NCBI GenBank assembly: GCA_902785275.1
Contig: CACZYB010000012.1
Location: 1-18,108, forward strand
Source: an uncultured Pseudomonadota bacterium
Lineage (GTDB): Bacteria > Pseudomonadota > Alphaproteobacteria > Rs-D84 > CACZYB01
DNA: 18,108 nt
Reading direction: 5' to 3'
Under the pieces are notes generated by a model. It saw only the letters and a list, made by a program, of their open reading frames with translations. It ran no database searches and had not been told where the DNA came from. The translations under genes and the position numbers were made by a program. Each line of letters begins with the position of its first letter. Within the stretch, counting starts at the first letter, position 1. Shown here piece after piece: positions 1 through 9,152 of this stretch.

Positions 1-378
1 TTTGTTTGCAAGACCGATTGCGTGACCCAATCCCTTTGGCTCATGTTGGATTACATACTTTATTTCAACATCTTCTGGAACATAAACACTTTGAAGAAGC
101 TCTAAGCCAATAATGTTGCCACTTTTTTTGAATTTATCTTCGATTTTTTGTTCCTTGGTAAAGCAAAGTTCAAAAGCTTCTTTTGCCTTTTCATCACTGC
201 AAACAATGGTAATATGCTTTGCGCCGGACTTTATCATTTCAGTAATAATGTGATCAATCACCTTTCTTGAACCAAGTGGAATAAGTGATTTATGAGGAAT
301 CCCCTTTGAATGAGGATAATTACGTGTAGATTTACCAGCAGCAAGTATAACAAATTCCAAGTCGTTTGCAGTTAACAT
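1..378 (-). CDS. GalU-like sugar-phosphate nucleotidyltransferase, paralog 2 (5' part; runs off the left edge; absent from the ORF track)
   Basis: Manual translation from ATG at 378: MLTANDLEFVILAAGKSTRNYPHSKGIPHKSLIPLGSRKVID...YVIQHEPKGLGHAIGLANK. Open to base 1, colinear with ORF 382..1335, and starts 3 bp after its stop. Confidence 0.88.
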   Translation of the reverse strand, partial: MLTANDLEFVILAAGKSTRNYPHSKGIPHKSLIPLGSRKVIDHIITEMIKSGAKHITIVCSDEKAKEAFELCFTKEQKIEDKFKKSGNIIGLELLQSVYVPEDVEIKYVIQHEPKGLGHAIGLANK

Positions 379-381
379 TTT

Positions 382-1335
382 TTACTTTCCTTTCTTTTCC
401 CATAATTTATCAACGATTGGCTTTATAAATTCAAGATTTGCATCTTCGAATTCTGACTCTGTTAATAATGTGTAAAGTAATGCCTTTTCATAACCTTCAA
501 TTGTTCCACAATCAAGATATGTATCTGTATCAAGCATTGGTATTGTATGAATCTTTTGTGTTTCTGGATCTTCATCAACTGTCTTGTTTAATGCATCAGC
601 AAAGGCTAGTTCCCCACCGACAATTCCTTCAACAGCTTTGTCTTCATCCATAAATTTTGCAGATTCACAAAGTTTTTCACAAACTTTTCTATCAAATATA
701 AACAAACCGAATGCAGCTTGATTAGACTTTGAATCCTTTGGCTTTTCCTTAAAGTATCCCTCATCAATGATACCCCAGCGGGATGGATCATCAACTGGAC
801 GTGTGATACCAAGATTACCTTTGCAACCCATTTTTATATATTCATCAACAGCCCTTTTATATATAGGTGTTCTGTTAAGTTCGTTTTCTGCTTTTTTATC
901 ACAAAGAACGATATCATCAGGCCAAATCATAACAATATTTCTGCCTGTATCACGAATCTTATCATAAACACGACCAACAGCATGACCAGTTCCACGTGGT
1001 CTTTCCTGAATAACATAATTAATTTCAACATCTTCAGGAATATAGGTGCTTTGAAGAAGTTCCAAAGCCTTTAAATTGCCCTTCTTTTCGAACTTTTGTT
1101 CTATTTCAGGTTCACGAACGAAACATTGTTCGAAAGCTTCGATTGCGGCATCATCAGCCACAACGATAGTAACATGCTTTCCACCAGCAAGAATAATCTG
1201 GTGCATAATAAAATCAATAACCTTTCTTGAACCAAAAGGTACGAGTGATTTGTGAGGAATACCCTTTGAATGAGGATAGTTTCTTGTCGACTTACCTGCT
1301 GCAAGTACAACAAATTCCAAATTATTTGTATCCAT
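382..1335 (-). CDS. GalU-like (UTP--glucose-1-phosphate uridylyltransferase family) sugar-phosphate nucleotidyltransferase, paralog 1
   Basis: 317 aa with family motifs LAAGKSTR (variant of AGxGTR), Q..PRGTGHAV, WPDD, KEKP and DCG. Exact substrate cannot be determined from sequence. Confidence 0.85.
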   Translation of the reverse strand: MDTNNLEFVVLAAGKSTRNYPHSKGIPHKSLVPFGSRKVIDFIMHQIILAGGKHVTIVVADDAAIEAFEQCFVREPEIEQKFEKKGNLKALELLQSTYIPEDVEINYVIQERPRGTGHAVGRVYDKIRDTGRNIVMIWPDDIVLCDKKAENELNRTPIYKRAVDEYIKMGCKGNLGITRPVDDPSRWGIIDEGYFKEKPKDSKSNQAAFGLFIFDRKVCEKLCESAKFMDEDKAVEGIVGGELAFADALNKTVDEDPETQKIHTIPMLDTDTYLDCGTIEGYEKALLYTLLTESEFEDANLEFIKPIVDKLWEKKGK

Positions 1336-1393
1336 ATTAAATCCTTTTTATTTGTGTTATATTAAATCATTTATGATTTGAATATAGGATTGG

Positions 1394-1421
1394 ATGATAC
1401 TATTTTTTAAAAAAAAGTCAA
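1394..1421 (-). promoter_or_regulatory. Possible sigma70 promoter for the nucleotidyltransferase pair
   Basis: Minus strand TTGACT-16 bp-TATCAT, about 60 bp upstream of the ATG at 1335. AT-rich background lowers specificity. Confidence 0.45.
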
Positions 1422-1480
1422 CTATACTTTTGATATAACGGGCAGGATGAATTTCTTTTACTTTTTTATATAAAATATAT

Positions 1481-1509
1481 TTGACAGCCAAATATTTTTA
1501 TTTTATAAT
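1481..1509 (+). promoter_or_regulatory. Sigma70 promoter of rho-nifJ
   Basis: Perfect TTGACA(1481-1486)-17 bp-TATAAT(1504-1509). Confidence 0.85.
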
Positions 1510-1587
1510 CCGCTTCAGAAACAGAAATTGTTTCTATCTAGTAATAAATCTTAAATCTAAAGTAATTCCAAGAAAGGTAGAATTTTT

Positions 1588-2847
1588 ATGCACATAAAAG
1601 AGTTAAGGGAAAAGAATCCAACTTATCTTTTGGATTTGGCAGAAAAAGAAGGTGTTGAAAATCCATCTGCTTATGATATTCAAACACTAAGGTTCAATAT
1701 ACTTAAGAAAATTTCTCAACGTGATACATTAATTGGTGATGGCGTTTTGGAAGTTATGCCTGATGGTTATGGCTTTTTAAGGTCAAAAGATGCAAATTAT
1801 GTATCGGGTCCAGATGATATTTATGTTGCACCGGTATTTATTAAAAAGAATAATCTTAAAGTTGGTGATACCGTTGAAGGCGTTTTACGTGCACCAAAGG
1901 CTGGGGAAAAATATTTTGCATTAGATGAAATTAAAACTGTTAATTTCGAAGACCCTAAAAAATCTAAACATCGTGTTCATTTCGATGATTTAACCCCCCT
2001 CTATCCTCAAGAAAAATTCAAACTAGAACAAGAAATTACTGATCCAAAACATCCTGACTTTACTACTCGTATTATTGATTTGATTGCTCCTCAAGGAAAA
2101 GGTCAAAGAAGTTTGATTGTTTCTCCTCCTAAAAGTGGTAAAACAGTTATGCTTCAAAATATTGCTCATGCAATTACTGCAAACCATCCTGAAGTTTACT
2201 TGATTGTTCTTCTTATTGATGAAAGACCAGAAGAAGTAACAGATATGAAGCGTTCTATTCAGGGTGAAGTTATAAGTTCGACTTTCGATGAACCTGCATC
2301 TCGTCATGTTCAAGTTGTTGAAATGGTTATCGAAAAGGCAAAACGTCTTGTTGAATATAAACATGATGTTGTTATACTTCTTGACTCTATTACTCGTCTT
2401 GGTCGTGCATACAATGCCGTTGTTCCAAGCAGTGGTAAAGTTTTAACTGGTGGTGTTGATGCAAATGCTCTTCAACGTCCAAAACGTGTTCTTGGTGCCG
2501 CAAGAAATATCGAAGGTGGTGGAAGCTTGACTATTATTGCTACTGCTTTGGTTGATACTGGCTCAAGAATGGATGAAGTTATTTTCGAAGAATTTAAGGG
2601 TACTGGTAACTCTGAAATAGTTCTTGATAGAAAGCTTTCTGATAAGAGAACTTTCCCTGCTATTGATGTAACAAAGTCCGGTACACGAAAGGAAGAAGTT
2701 CTTGTTTCACCTGATGTACTTCAAAAGATGTGGGTATTAAGAAGAATACTTATTTCTATGGGTGCAAGTGACGCAATGGATTTCTTGCTTGATAAAATTA
2801 AATATACAAAGGATAACGAAGAATTTTTCCGTACAATGAATAACTAA
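1588..2847 (+). CDS. rho: Transcription termination factor Rho
   Basis: 419 aa; DGYGFLR and GPDDIYV RNA-binding motifs, Walker [45 protein letters not shown]. Confidence 0.99.
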   Translation: MHIKELREKNPTYLLDLAEKEGVENPSAYDIQTLRFNILKKISQRDTLIGDGVLEVMPDGYGFLRSKDANYVSGPDDIYVAPVFIKKNNLKVGDTVEGVLRAPKAGEKYFALDEIKTVNFEDPKKSKHRVHFDDLTPLYPQEKFKLEQEITDPKHPDFTTRIIDLIAPQGKGQRSLIVSPPKSGKTVMLQNIAHAITANHPEVYLIVLLIDERPEEVTDMKRSIQGEVISSTFDEPASRHVQVVEMVIEKAKRLVEYKHDVVILLDSITRLGRAYNAVVPSSGKVLTGGVDANALQRPKRVLGAARNIEGGGSLTIIATALVDTGSRMDEVIFEEFKGTGNSEIVLDRKLSDKRTFPAIDVTKSGTRKEEVLVSPDVLQKMWVLRRILISMGASDAMDFLLDKIKYTKDNEEFFRTMNN

Positions 2848-2877
2848 GTTGTATGGACTAAATGAAAGGAAAAAATT

Positions 2878-5800
2878 ATGATTGATAACAATAAATTAAT
2901 GTGTGATGGAAACGAAGCCGCATCTGATGTTGCATATAGACTTACTGATGTTGCTATTATTTACCCTATTACACCTTCCTCCCCTATGGCTGAAAATTAT
3001 GAAGTTTGGAGTGGTAAAGGAAGAAAAAATATTTTTGGTTTAGTTCCAGAAGTTTCTGAAATGCAATCCGAAGCTGGTGCTATTGGTGCCGTTCACGGTG
3101 CCTTACAAGCAGGAAGCTTAGCAACAACATTCACTGCATCTCAAGGTTTACTTTTGATGATACCAAATATGTACAAGATTGCAGGTGAACTTTTACCATT
3201 TGTTATGCATGTAAGTGCAAGAACTGTTGCTTCTCACGCTCTTTCAATCTTTGGTGATCACAGCGACGTTATGGCATGCAGACAGACTGGATTTGCAATG
3301 CTTTGTTCAAACAGTGTTCAAGAAGCACACGATATGGCATTGGTTGCACATGCTTCTGCTCTTAAATCTCGTGTACCATTTATCCATTTCTTTGATGGTT
3401 TCAGAACTTCACACGAAATCAATCTTATTAACAGAATTTCTGATGATGTTGTTTCATCAATGATTGATATGAAGGATATTGAAGATTTCCGTAATCGAGC
3501 ACTTGTTCCTTCAAAACCAAATGTTCGTGGTACTGCACAAAATCCTGATGTATTCTTCCAGGCACGTGAAGCATCAAACCCATATTACAACAAAGTTGAA
3601 GAAATTGTTGCAAATGCAATGAAAAACTTTGAAAAGTTTACTGGCCGTCATTATGACGTTGTTGAATATGTTGGTGCAGATGATGCAGAACGAGTTATTG
3701 TTGCAATGGGTTCTGGTTGTGAAACAATAGAAGAAACAATCAAAGAATTAAATAAAGCTGGTGAAAAAGTTGGACTTGTTAAAGTAAGACTTTATCGTCC
3801 ATTCCCAGTTAAAGCTTTTGTTAATGTTCTTCCAAAGACAGTTAAGAAGATTACAGTTCTTGATAGAACAAAGGAACCAGGTTCTATTGGCGAACCATTA
3901 TACCTTGATGTAATTGCTGCCCTTAAAGAAGAAAACAGAGAAAATATCTTTGTAAATGGTGGAAGATATGGTATTTCATCAAAAGAATTTACCCCATGTA
4001 TGGTAAAAGCTGTTTATGACGAACTTAACAAGGCAGAACCAAAACCTGAATTTACAGTTGGTATAAATGATGATTTAACAAAATTGTCACTTGATTACAA
4101 CAATGGCTTTAAACTTTCCGATGATGGAATTTATTCTGCATTATTCTATGGTTTGGGAAGTGATGGTACTGTTGGTGCAAACAAAAACTCAATTAAGATT
4201 ATTACATCTGAAACATCAAAGTATGGTCAAGCTTACTTTGAATATGATAGTAAAAAATCTGGTGGTACAACAATTTCTCATTTAAGATTTAGCGATAATG
4301 AAATTAAGGCTCCTTATCTTATTTCACAGGCTGATTTCTTGGCTGTACACCATTTCCCATTATTCTATACTTTGGATTTACTTCAAAATGCAAAGGATGG
4401 TGGAATTCTTCTTATCAATTCTCCATTCAAAAAAGAAGCATTATGGAAGAATCTTCCAAGAGAAGTTCAACAACAAATTATTGATAAACACTTAAAAGTT
4501 TATGCAATCAATGCTTCTGTTGTTGCAAGAGATAGTGGTATGGGTCGCAGAATTAACACAATTATGCAGACTGCATTCTTCCACCTTGCTGGTGTGATTG
4601 ATGGTAGCCAAGCAATTGCTGCGATTAAGAAAGCTATTGAAAAGACCTATATGAAAAAAGGTATTGAAGTAGTTGAAAAGAACTATAAGGCTGTGGATAG
4701 TGCGATTGAAAACCTTTATGAAGTAGAAGTTCCATCAAAGGTTTCAGAAGATGCACGCCCTCGCCCAAGCGTTGTTTCAAGCGATGCAAATAAAGTTGTA
4801 AAAAGACTTCATGCTCAAATTATTGCTGGTCACGGTAATGATTTGCCTGTTTCTGCATTCGAAGCAGATGGTACATTCCCAACAGCAACATCAAGATTTG
4901 AAAAACGTGGTATTGCTGAAATGGTTCCTGTTTGGAACAATGAAACATGCTTGCAATGTGGAAAATGCGCTTTCATTTGCCCACATGGCGCAATAAGAAC
5001 AAAAGTTTTAACCGAAGCAGAACTTAAAAATGCTCCTAATACATTCAAGGTTGCAAAATATAAGACAAAAGAACTTGGTGAAGATTTATATTACTGTGTA
5101 CAAGTTTCACCAAAAGATTGTACAGGTTGCGGTCTTTGCGTTGTTGGATGTCCTGTTAAAACTCCGGTTTCCGAAGATAAGACAGAAAAAGCTTTGGTTA
5201 TGAAATCAGTTCAAGAAGTTGGCGAAGTGGAAGAAAAGAATTTTGAATTCTTTGAAACAATTCCATATATCGACAGGGCAAAACTTAACCCTCAACTTCC
5301 TAAACATTCACAACTTATGCAACCTCTTTTCGAGTACAGTGGTGCATGTGCCGGTTGTGGTGAAGCTGGATATATCAGACTTATCACACAACTTTTCGGT
5401 GACAGAATGATGATTGCAAATGCTACTGGTTGTTCTTCAATTTACGGTGGTAATTTGCCAACAACACCTTATGCTGTAAATAGTTGTGGTGAAGGTCCTG
5501 CTTGGTCAAACTCTTTGTTCGAAGATAATGCCGAATATGGTTATGGTCAGGCTGTTGCTGTTGAAAAGCTTGAAAATAATGCAAAAGAATTATTAAAAGA
5601 ACTTTCTTCAACTTTGGGTGATGATTTTGTTTCATCAATTTTGAATGCAGATCAATCAACAGAAGTTGGCATCAACCAACAAAAAGAAAGAGTTAAAGAA
5701 TTAAGAAAAAAGCTTTCATCAATAAAAGATGCAAAAGCACAGATGCTTTCTTCTATTTCTGAATACCTTATCAAAAAATCTATGTGGATTTTTGGTGGTG

Positions 5801-6429
5801 ATGGTTGGGCATATGATATTGGATATGGTGGATTGGATCATGTCCTTAATATGCAAAAGAATGTTAATATTTTGGTTCTTGATACCGAAGTTTACTCCAA
5901 CACTGGTGGACAGGCTTCTAAAGCTACTCCACGTGGTGCAAGTGCAAAGTTTGCGACAACTGGAAAAACATTTGGTAAAAAAGATTTGGGCTTGATTGCT
6001 ATGGCAAATGCAAATGCATACGTTGCAAAAATTGCAATGGGTGCAAACGAAGTTCAGGCAATCAAAGCTATCCGTGAAGCTGAAAGTTTTAATGGTCCAT
6101 CTTTGATTATTGCTTATGCTCCATGTATTGCTCATGGTATCGATTTGGCAATTGGTCCATCACAACAAAAAGCTGCCGTTGAATCTGGACACTGGCCACT
6201 TTATCGTTTCGACCCAAGATTGATTGTTGAGGGCAAGGCTCCACTTCAAATGGATAGCAAACTTCCAACAAAGGATATTCGTGAATATATGCTTAAGGAA
6301 ACAAGATATAAGGTTATCCAAGCAAACGATCCTGAACGTTTTGAACAAATGGTTCGTGAACGTGAATTTGAAAATAATTATAAGGCAAAGTTCTATGATT
6401 ATATGAGCAAGTTCAAATTGGAAGACTAA
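2878..6429 (+). CDS. nifJ: Pyruvate:ferredoxin (flavodoxin) oxidoreductase, single-chain NifJ type
   Basis: 1183 aa; YPITPSS, EMQSEAGA, FDGFRTSHE, GLGSDGTVGANK, two 4Fe-4S motifs (CLQCGKCAFICP, CTGCGLCVVGCP), GACAGCGE, ANATGCS and TPP-binding GGDGWAYDIG. Confidence 0.98.
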   Translation: MIDNNKLMCDGNEAASDVAYRLTDVAIIYPITPSSPMAENYEVWSGKGRKNIFGLVPEVSEMQSEAGAIGAVHGALQAGSLATTFTASQGLLLMIPNMYKIAGELLPFVMHVSARTVASHALSIFGDHSDVMACRQTGFAMLCSNSVQEAHDMALVAHASALKSRVPFIHFFDGFRTSHEINLINRISDDVVSSMIDMKDIEDFRNRALVPSKPNVRGTAQNPDVFFQAREASNPYYNKVEEIVANAMKNFEKFTGRHYDVVEYVGADDAERVIVAMGSGCETIEETIKELNKAGEKVGLVKVRLYRPFPVKAFVNVLPKTVKKITVLDRTKEPGSIGEPLYLDVIAALKEENRENIFVNGGRYGISSKEFTPCMVKAVYDELNKAEPKPEFTVGINDDLTKLSLDYNNGFKLSDDGIYSALFYGLGSDGTVGANKNSIKIITSETSKYGQAYFEYDSKKSGGTTISHLRFSDNEIKAPYLISQADFLAVHHFPLFYTLDLLQNAKDGGILLINSPFKKEALWKNLPREVQQQIIDKHLKVYAINASVVARDSGMGRRINTIMQTAFFHLAGVIDGSQAIAAIKKAIEKTYMKKGIEVVEKNYKAVDSAIENLYEVEVPSKVSEDARPRPSVVSSDANKVVKRLHAQIIAGHGNDLPVSAFEADGTFPTATSRFEKRGIAEMVPVWNNETCLQCGKCAFICPHGAIRTKVLTEAELKNAPNTFKVAKYKTKELGEDLYYCVQVSPKDCTGCGLCVVGCPVKTPVSEDKTEKALVMKSVQEVGEVEEKNFEFFETIPYIDRAKLNPQLPKHSQLMQPLFEYSGACAGCGEAGYIRLITQLFGDRMMIANATGCSSIYGGNLPTTPYAVNSCGEGPAWSNSLFEDNAEYGYGQAVAVEKLENNAKELLKELSSTLGDDFVSSILNADQSTEVGINQQKERVKELRKKLSSIKDAKAQMLSSISEYLIKKSMWIFGGDGWAYDIGYGGLDHVLNMQKNVNILVLDTEVYSNTGGQASKATPRGASAKFATTGKTFGKKDLGLIAMANANAYVAKIAMGANEVQAIKAIREAESFNGPSLIIAYAPCIAHGIDLAIGPSQQKAAVESGHWPLYRFDPRLIVEGKAPLQMDSKLPTKDIREYMLKETRYKVIQANDPERFEQMVREREFENNYKAKFYDYMSKFKLED

Positions 6430-6447
6430 AAATAATAAAATATTTTT

Positions 6448-6481
6448 AAATACCTGAGGTTTTTGCCTCAGGTATTTTTTT
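6448..6481 (+). terminator. Intrinsic terminator after nifJ
   Basis: AAATACCTGAGG-tttttg-CCTCAGGTATTT perfect stem running into a T tract. Confidence 0.88.
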
Positions 6482-6497
6482 ATTTAACAAATATCTC

Positions 6498-6526
6498 TTG
6501 CTCATAATTCAAAAATATGATATCAT
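6498..6526 (+). promoter_or_regulatory. Probable sigma70 promoter for ORF 6566..8059
   Basis: TTGCTC-17 bp-TATCAT with an extended -10 TG, just after the nifJ terminator; AAGGA RBS before the ATG at 6566. Confidence 0.55.
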
Positions 6527-6565
6527 TGTGGCATTATATTAATTAAAGAAAGTAAAGGATAAAAT

Positions 6566-8059
6566 ATGATAAAAAAAGTTTCTATAATAGCTTTGACCGT
6601 AGCTATATCTTTGGATTCAATTATGGTTTATGCAAAACCAAAACGCAACTCTGGGAAAAAAGCTCGAGCAAGTGCTGTTGCAAAAATAAATAAAAAAAAT
6701 ACAGCATCTGTAGTAAAAGATATTGAACCAAAGGCAGAAGCAATAAAAGCTCCTATTGTTGAAGAAGTACAACCTGTTGCTCCTACACAAAAAGTTACAA
6801 TCATTGATAACAGTGTTACAAATGATTTGAATGCTATACGTGCGGCTGTAAGAGATGAAATTCAAGCAAATAATCAAGCTCAGGAACAAGCAAGTATTAC
6901 TCAAGCAAATGAATTATTAGCTCAGACTGAAGCTTCAAATAAAGCAAAAGAAAATCAAAAGATTAAAGAAGCTACTGCTGCTCTTTCACAAAAGGTTGAA
7001 GAAGTAAGAAGTGAATGTTCCGGCATTAAATCAAACATTGATACAATCTTTGGTTTGACAGTTGCTACAACTGTATCTTCCGGTTTGGGTACTGCGGCTG
7101 CTGGTGGTGCTTTGGCTGTTGGTTTGGTTAAGGCAAACAAAGATAAAAAAGCCGAAGAACAAGGTACTTTAAATGAAAATCGTGATTACAAGGAAGAATA
7201 TAAAGTTTGGAAAGCTAAATTTGAAGAAGTTTACTCTGATACAAACGATGAAGATTATTCAAAACTTCTTTCTAAAGCAAAAACGACAAAAGATCTTCTT
7301 TCTGCTGTAAACAAAGAAAACAAAGATTTGGATAAATCAATCGAAAAAGCAGAAAAAATCTTAAAGGAAGAAAATTCACTTAAAAGAGATGCTGACAAAG
7401 TTAAAGAAAATCAAGATGCTTTGAGAAGCGCAATGGCTTCATCACTTACAGATATGAATTCTATTACAGAAGAGCAATACTCTGCTGATGCGGCAAAAGT
7501 AAAAGATACAAAGTTGCTTGGTCACCTTCGTACAGGTCTTCTTGCTGGTGCTACTGTGACATCTGCTGTATCATTGGGAACATCTATTGGTGCAACAATG
7601 AATGCTGGAAAATTGGCTGATAAGATGAGTAGCTGTAATGCAAAAGTTAAAGAACTTAATCTTGCAAAGAACACTTTGGAAGCTGAACTTGAAGAAGCTG
7701 CTGTAAAACCTGAAATAATTACAACTGCACAAAACATCATTTCTTCATGTACAGGTTTTGATGAAGGAAACATTAAGACTTTAAAAAATATGATGACTGC
7801 ATCTGCTGTTGTTTCTGGTATTGGTACTACTGCTGCTGGTACAGGTACAGTTACATCATTTATGGCAAATACAGACAAAGTTCGTAATAATGACTCAGAA
7901 GAAGGTAAAGCAAAAGAAAAGAAGCTTAATCTTGTTTCAAACATTGCTGCTGGTGTTGCAACTGGTACTTCTGCAACATCTACAACACTTTCTGCAATCT
8001 CTCTTACAAAAGCAAAGAAAGACAGTGAAACCGCAGAAAGATGTGAAAGCGCATTGTAA
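6566..8059 (+). CDS. Secreted or membrane-associated hypothetical protein with coiled coils and four Gly/Ala/Thr-rich hydrophobic segments (paralog A)
   Basis: 497 aa; signal-peptide-like N-terminus (MIKKVSIIALTVAIS...VYA), 4 Cys, clear homology to 8183..9148; RBS and terminator present. Confidence 0.88.
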   Translation: MIKKVSIIALTVAISLDSIMVYAKPKRNSGKKARASAVAKINKKNTASVVKDIEPKAEAIKAPIVEEVQPVAPTQKVTIIDNSVTNDLNAIRAAVRDEIQANNQAQEQASITQANELLAQTEASNKAKENQKIKEATAALSQKVEEVRSECSGIKSNIDTIFGLTVATTVSSGLGTAAAGGALAVGLVKANKDKKAEEQGTLNENRDYKEEYKVWKAKFEEVYSDTNDEDYSKLLSKAKTTKDLLSAVNKENKDLDKSIEKAEKILKEENSLKRDADKVKENQDALRSAMASSLTDMNSITEEQYSADAAKVKDTKLLGHLRTGLLAGATVTSAVSLGTSIGATMNAGKLADKMSSCNAKVKELNLAKNTLEAELEEAAVKPEIITTAQNIISSCTGFDEGNIKTLKNMMTASAVVSGIGTTAAGTGTVTSFMANTDKVRNNDSEEGKAKEKKLNLVSNIAAGVATGTSATSTTLSAISLTKAKKDSETAERCESAL

Positions 8060-8071
8060 TATAATCTTAAA

Positions 8072-8110
8072 ACAAAAAATTCCCCGTCTTTTGATGGGGA
8101 TTTTTTTTGT
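8072..8110 (+). terminator. Intrinsic terminator of paralog A (possibly bidirectional)
   Basis: TCCCCGTC-tttt-GATGGGGA hairpin followed by T8 and preceded by an A tract. Confidence 0.85.
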
Positions 8111-8133
8111 GGCAATTAGAAAGGCTTGATAAC

Positions 8134-8164
8134 AAAAAAACTCCCCTCAAAATTGAAGGGAGTT
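8134..8164 (-). terminator. Intrinsic terminator of the minus-strand three-gene operon
   Basis: Plus strand A7-CTCCCCTCAA-aa-TTGAAGGGAG, which is a hairpin plus U tract on the minus strand, about 20 bp after the stop at 8183. Confidence 0.8.
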
Positions 8165-8182
8165 GTTAATTTAAAGGAAAGA

Positions 8183-9148
8183 TTACAAGGTATTTTCACA
8201 TTTTTCCGCCATCTCACTATCCTTCTTTGCCTTTGATATTTGAAGAGCAGAAAGCGCAGTCGAAGTACCACTTGTTCCCATTGTCACACCAGCCAAGATA
8301 TTGGATGCAAGGTTCAAATTTTTCTCTTTCTTTCTACCTTTTTCTGTTCTATCAGAACGAGTTTTATTTGAATTTGCCATTGCAGAAGTTATTGTGCCGG
8401 CACCCGCAGTTGCTGTACCAATACCTGATACAATAGTGTTTGCAGTTGCAAGTTTTTTAAGAGATTGAATATTGCTTTCGTCATAACCGGTACATACGGA
8501 AAGTATCTCACCAGCCTTAACGACTGAAGCATTTGTTGGCTCAACCTCCTCTGCCTCCGCCATTGACTTTGCCAATGTCAAATCTTTCAAAGCATTATTG
8601 CACTCAGACATTTTTTCCGCCAACTTTGACGCATTTAAAACTGAACCAATAGATGTTCCAGTTGATACCGCAGATGTCACAGTAGCACCAGCCATCAACC
8701 CAGTACGAACATTACCGAGGGTTTTGGATTTTTTTTCAAGTGAAGAAACTTCTTCATTCACTTTAATTGAATCTGTCATGTTTACAAAATAATCACTTTC
8801 TAAAGATTTAAATTTTTTGAGAATCTTATCCATTTTTTCCGTTGTAGGTTCTTCTTTATAATCTTTAAGCATTGAAAGTAAATCTTCTTCCTTTTTATCA
8901 ACATTAGCTTTTGCAATACCAACAGCCAAAGCACCACCGGATGCAAGTGTCCCCAAACCTGATGATACAGTTGTTGCAACACTTAAACCGAAGATTGTAT
9001 CAAGGTTTGATTTAATTCCACCACAAGCATTTTGTACAGCTTGTGTTTTCGCATCCAAATTATTTAAAGCATCAGTTTTATCAGCTTTTGCAATATTATT
9101 AAACATCATTAAAGATAAAAGTGTTAAGATAGAATTTTTTTTAATCAT
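8183..9148 (-). CDS. Secreted or membrane-associated hypothetical protein (paralog B of 6566..8059)
   Basis: 321 aa; signal peptide ending AKA; shares CxGIKSNxDTIFGLxVATTVSSGLGT, RTGLxAGATVTSAVS and KAKKDSExAExCE with paralog A; GAGG RBS. Confidence 0.88.
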   Translation of the reverse strand: MIKKNSILTLLSLMMFNNIAKADKTDALNNLDAKTQAVQNACGGIKSNLDTIFGLSVATTVSSGLGTLASGGALAVGIAKANVDKKEEDLLSMLKDYKEEPTTEKMDKILKKFKSLESDYFVNMTDSIKVNEEVSSLEKKSKTLGNVRTGLMAGATVTSAVSTGTSIGSVLNASKLAEKMSECNNALKDLTLAKSMAEAEEVEPTNASVVKAGEILSVCTGYDESNIQSLKKLATANTIVSGIGTATAGAGTITSAMANSNKTRSDRTEKGRKKEKNLNLASNILAGVTMGTSGTSTALSALQISKAKKDSEMAEKCENTL

Positions 9149-9152
9149 TTTA

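Noticed and set aside
438-6406. Short alternative-frame and antisense ORFs inside the nucleotidyltransferase, rho and nifJ genes
   Set aside because: Fully nested in well-supported genes, with no motifs or translation signals.
1588-6429. Alternative genetic code suggested by the altered decoding helix
   Set aside because: Rho and NifJ translate full length with conserved motifs under the standard bacterial code and end in TAA; no sign of reassignment in this window.
7522-8115. 197-aa antisense ORF over paralog A
   Set aside because: Explained by codon bias of the Ala/Thr/Gly-rich sense gene; it starts across a terminator hairpin.
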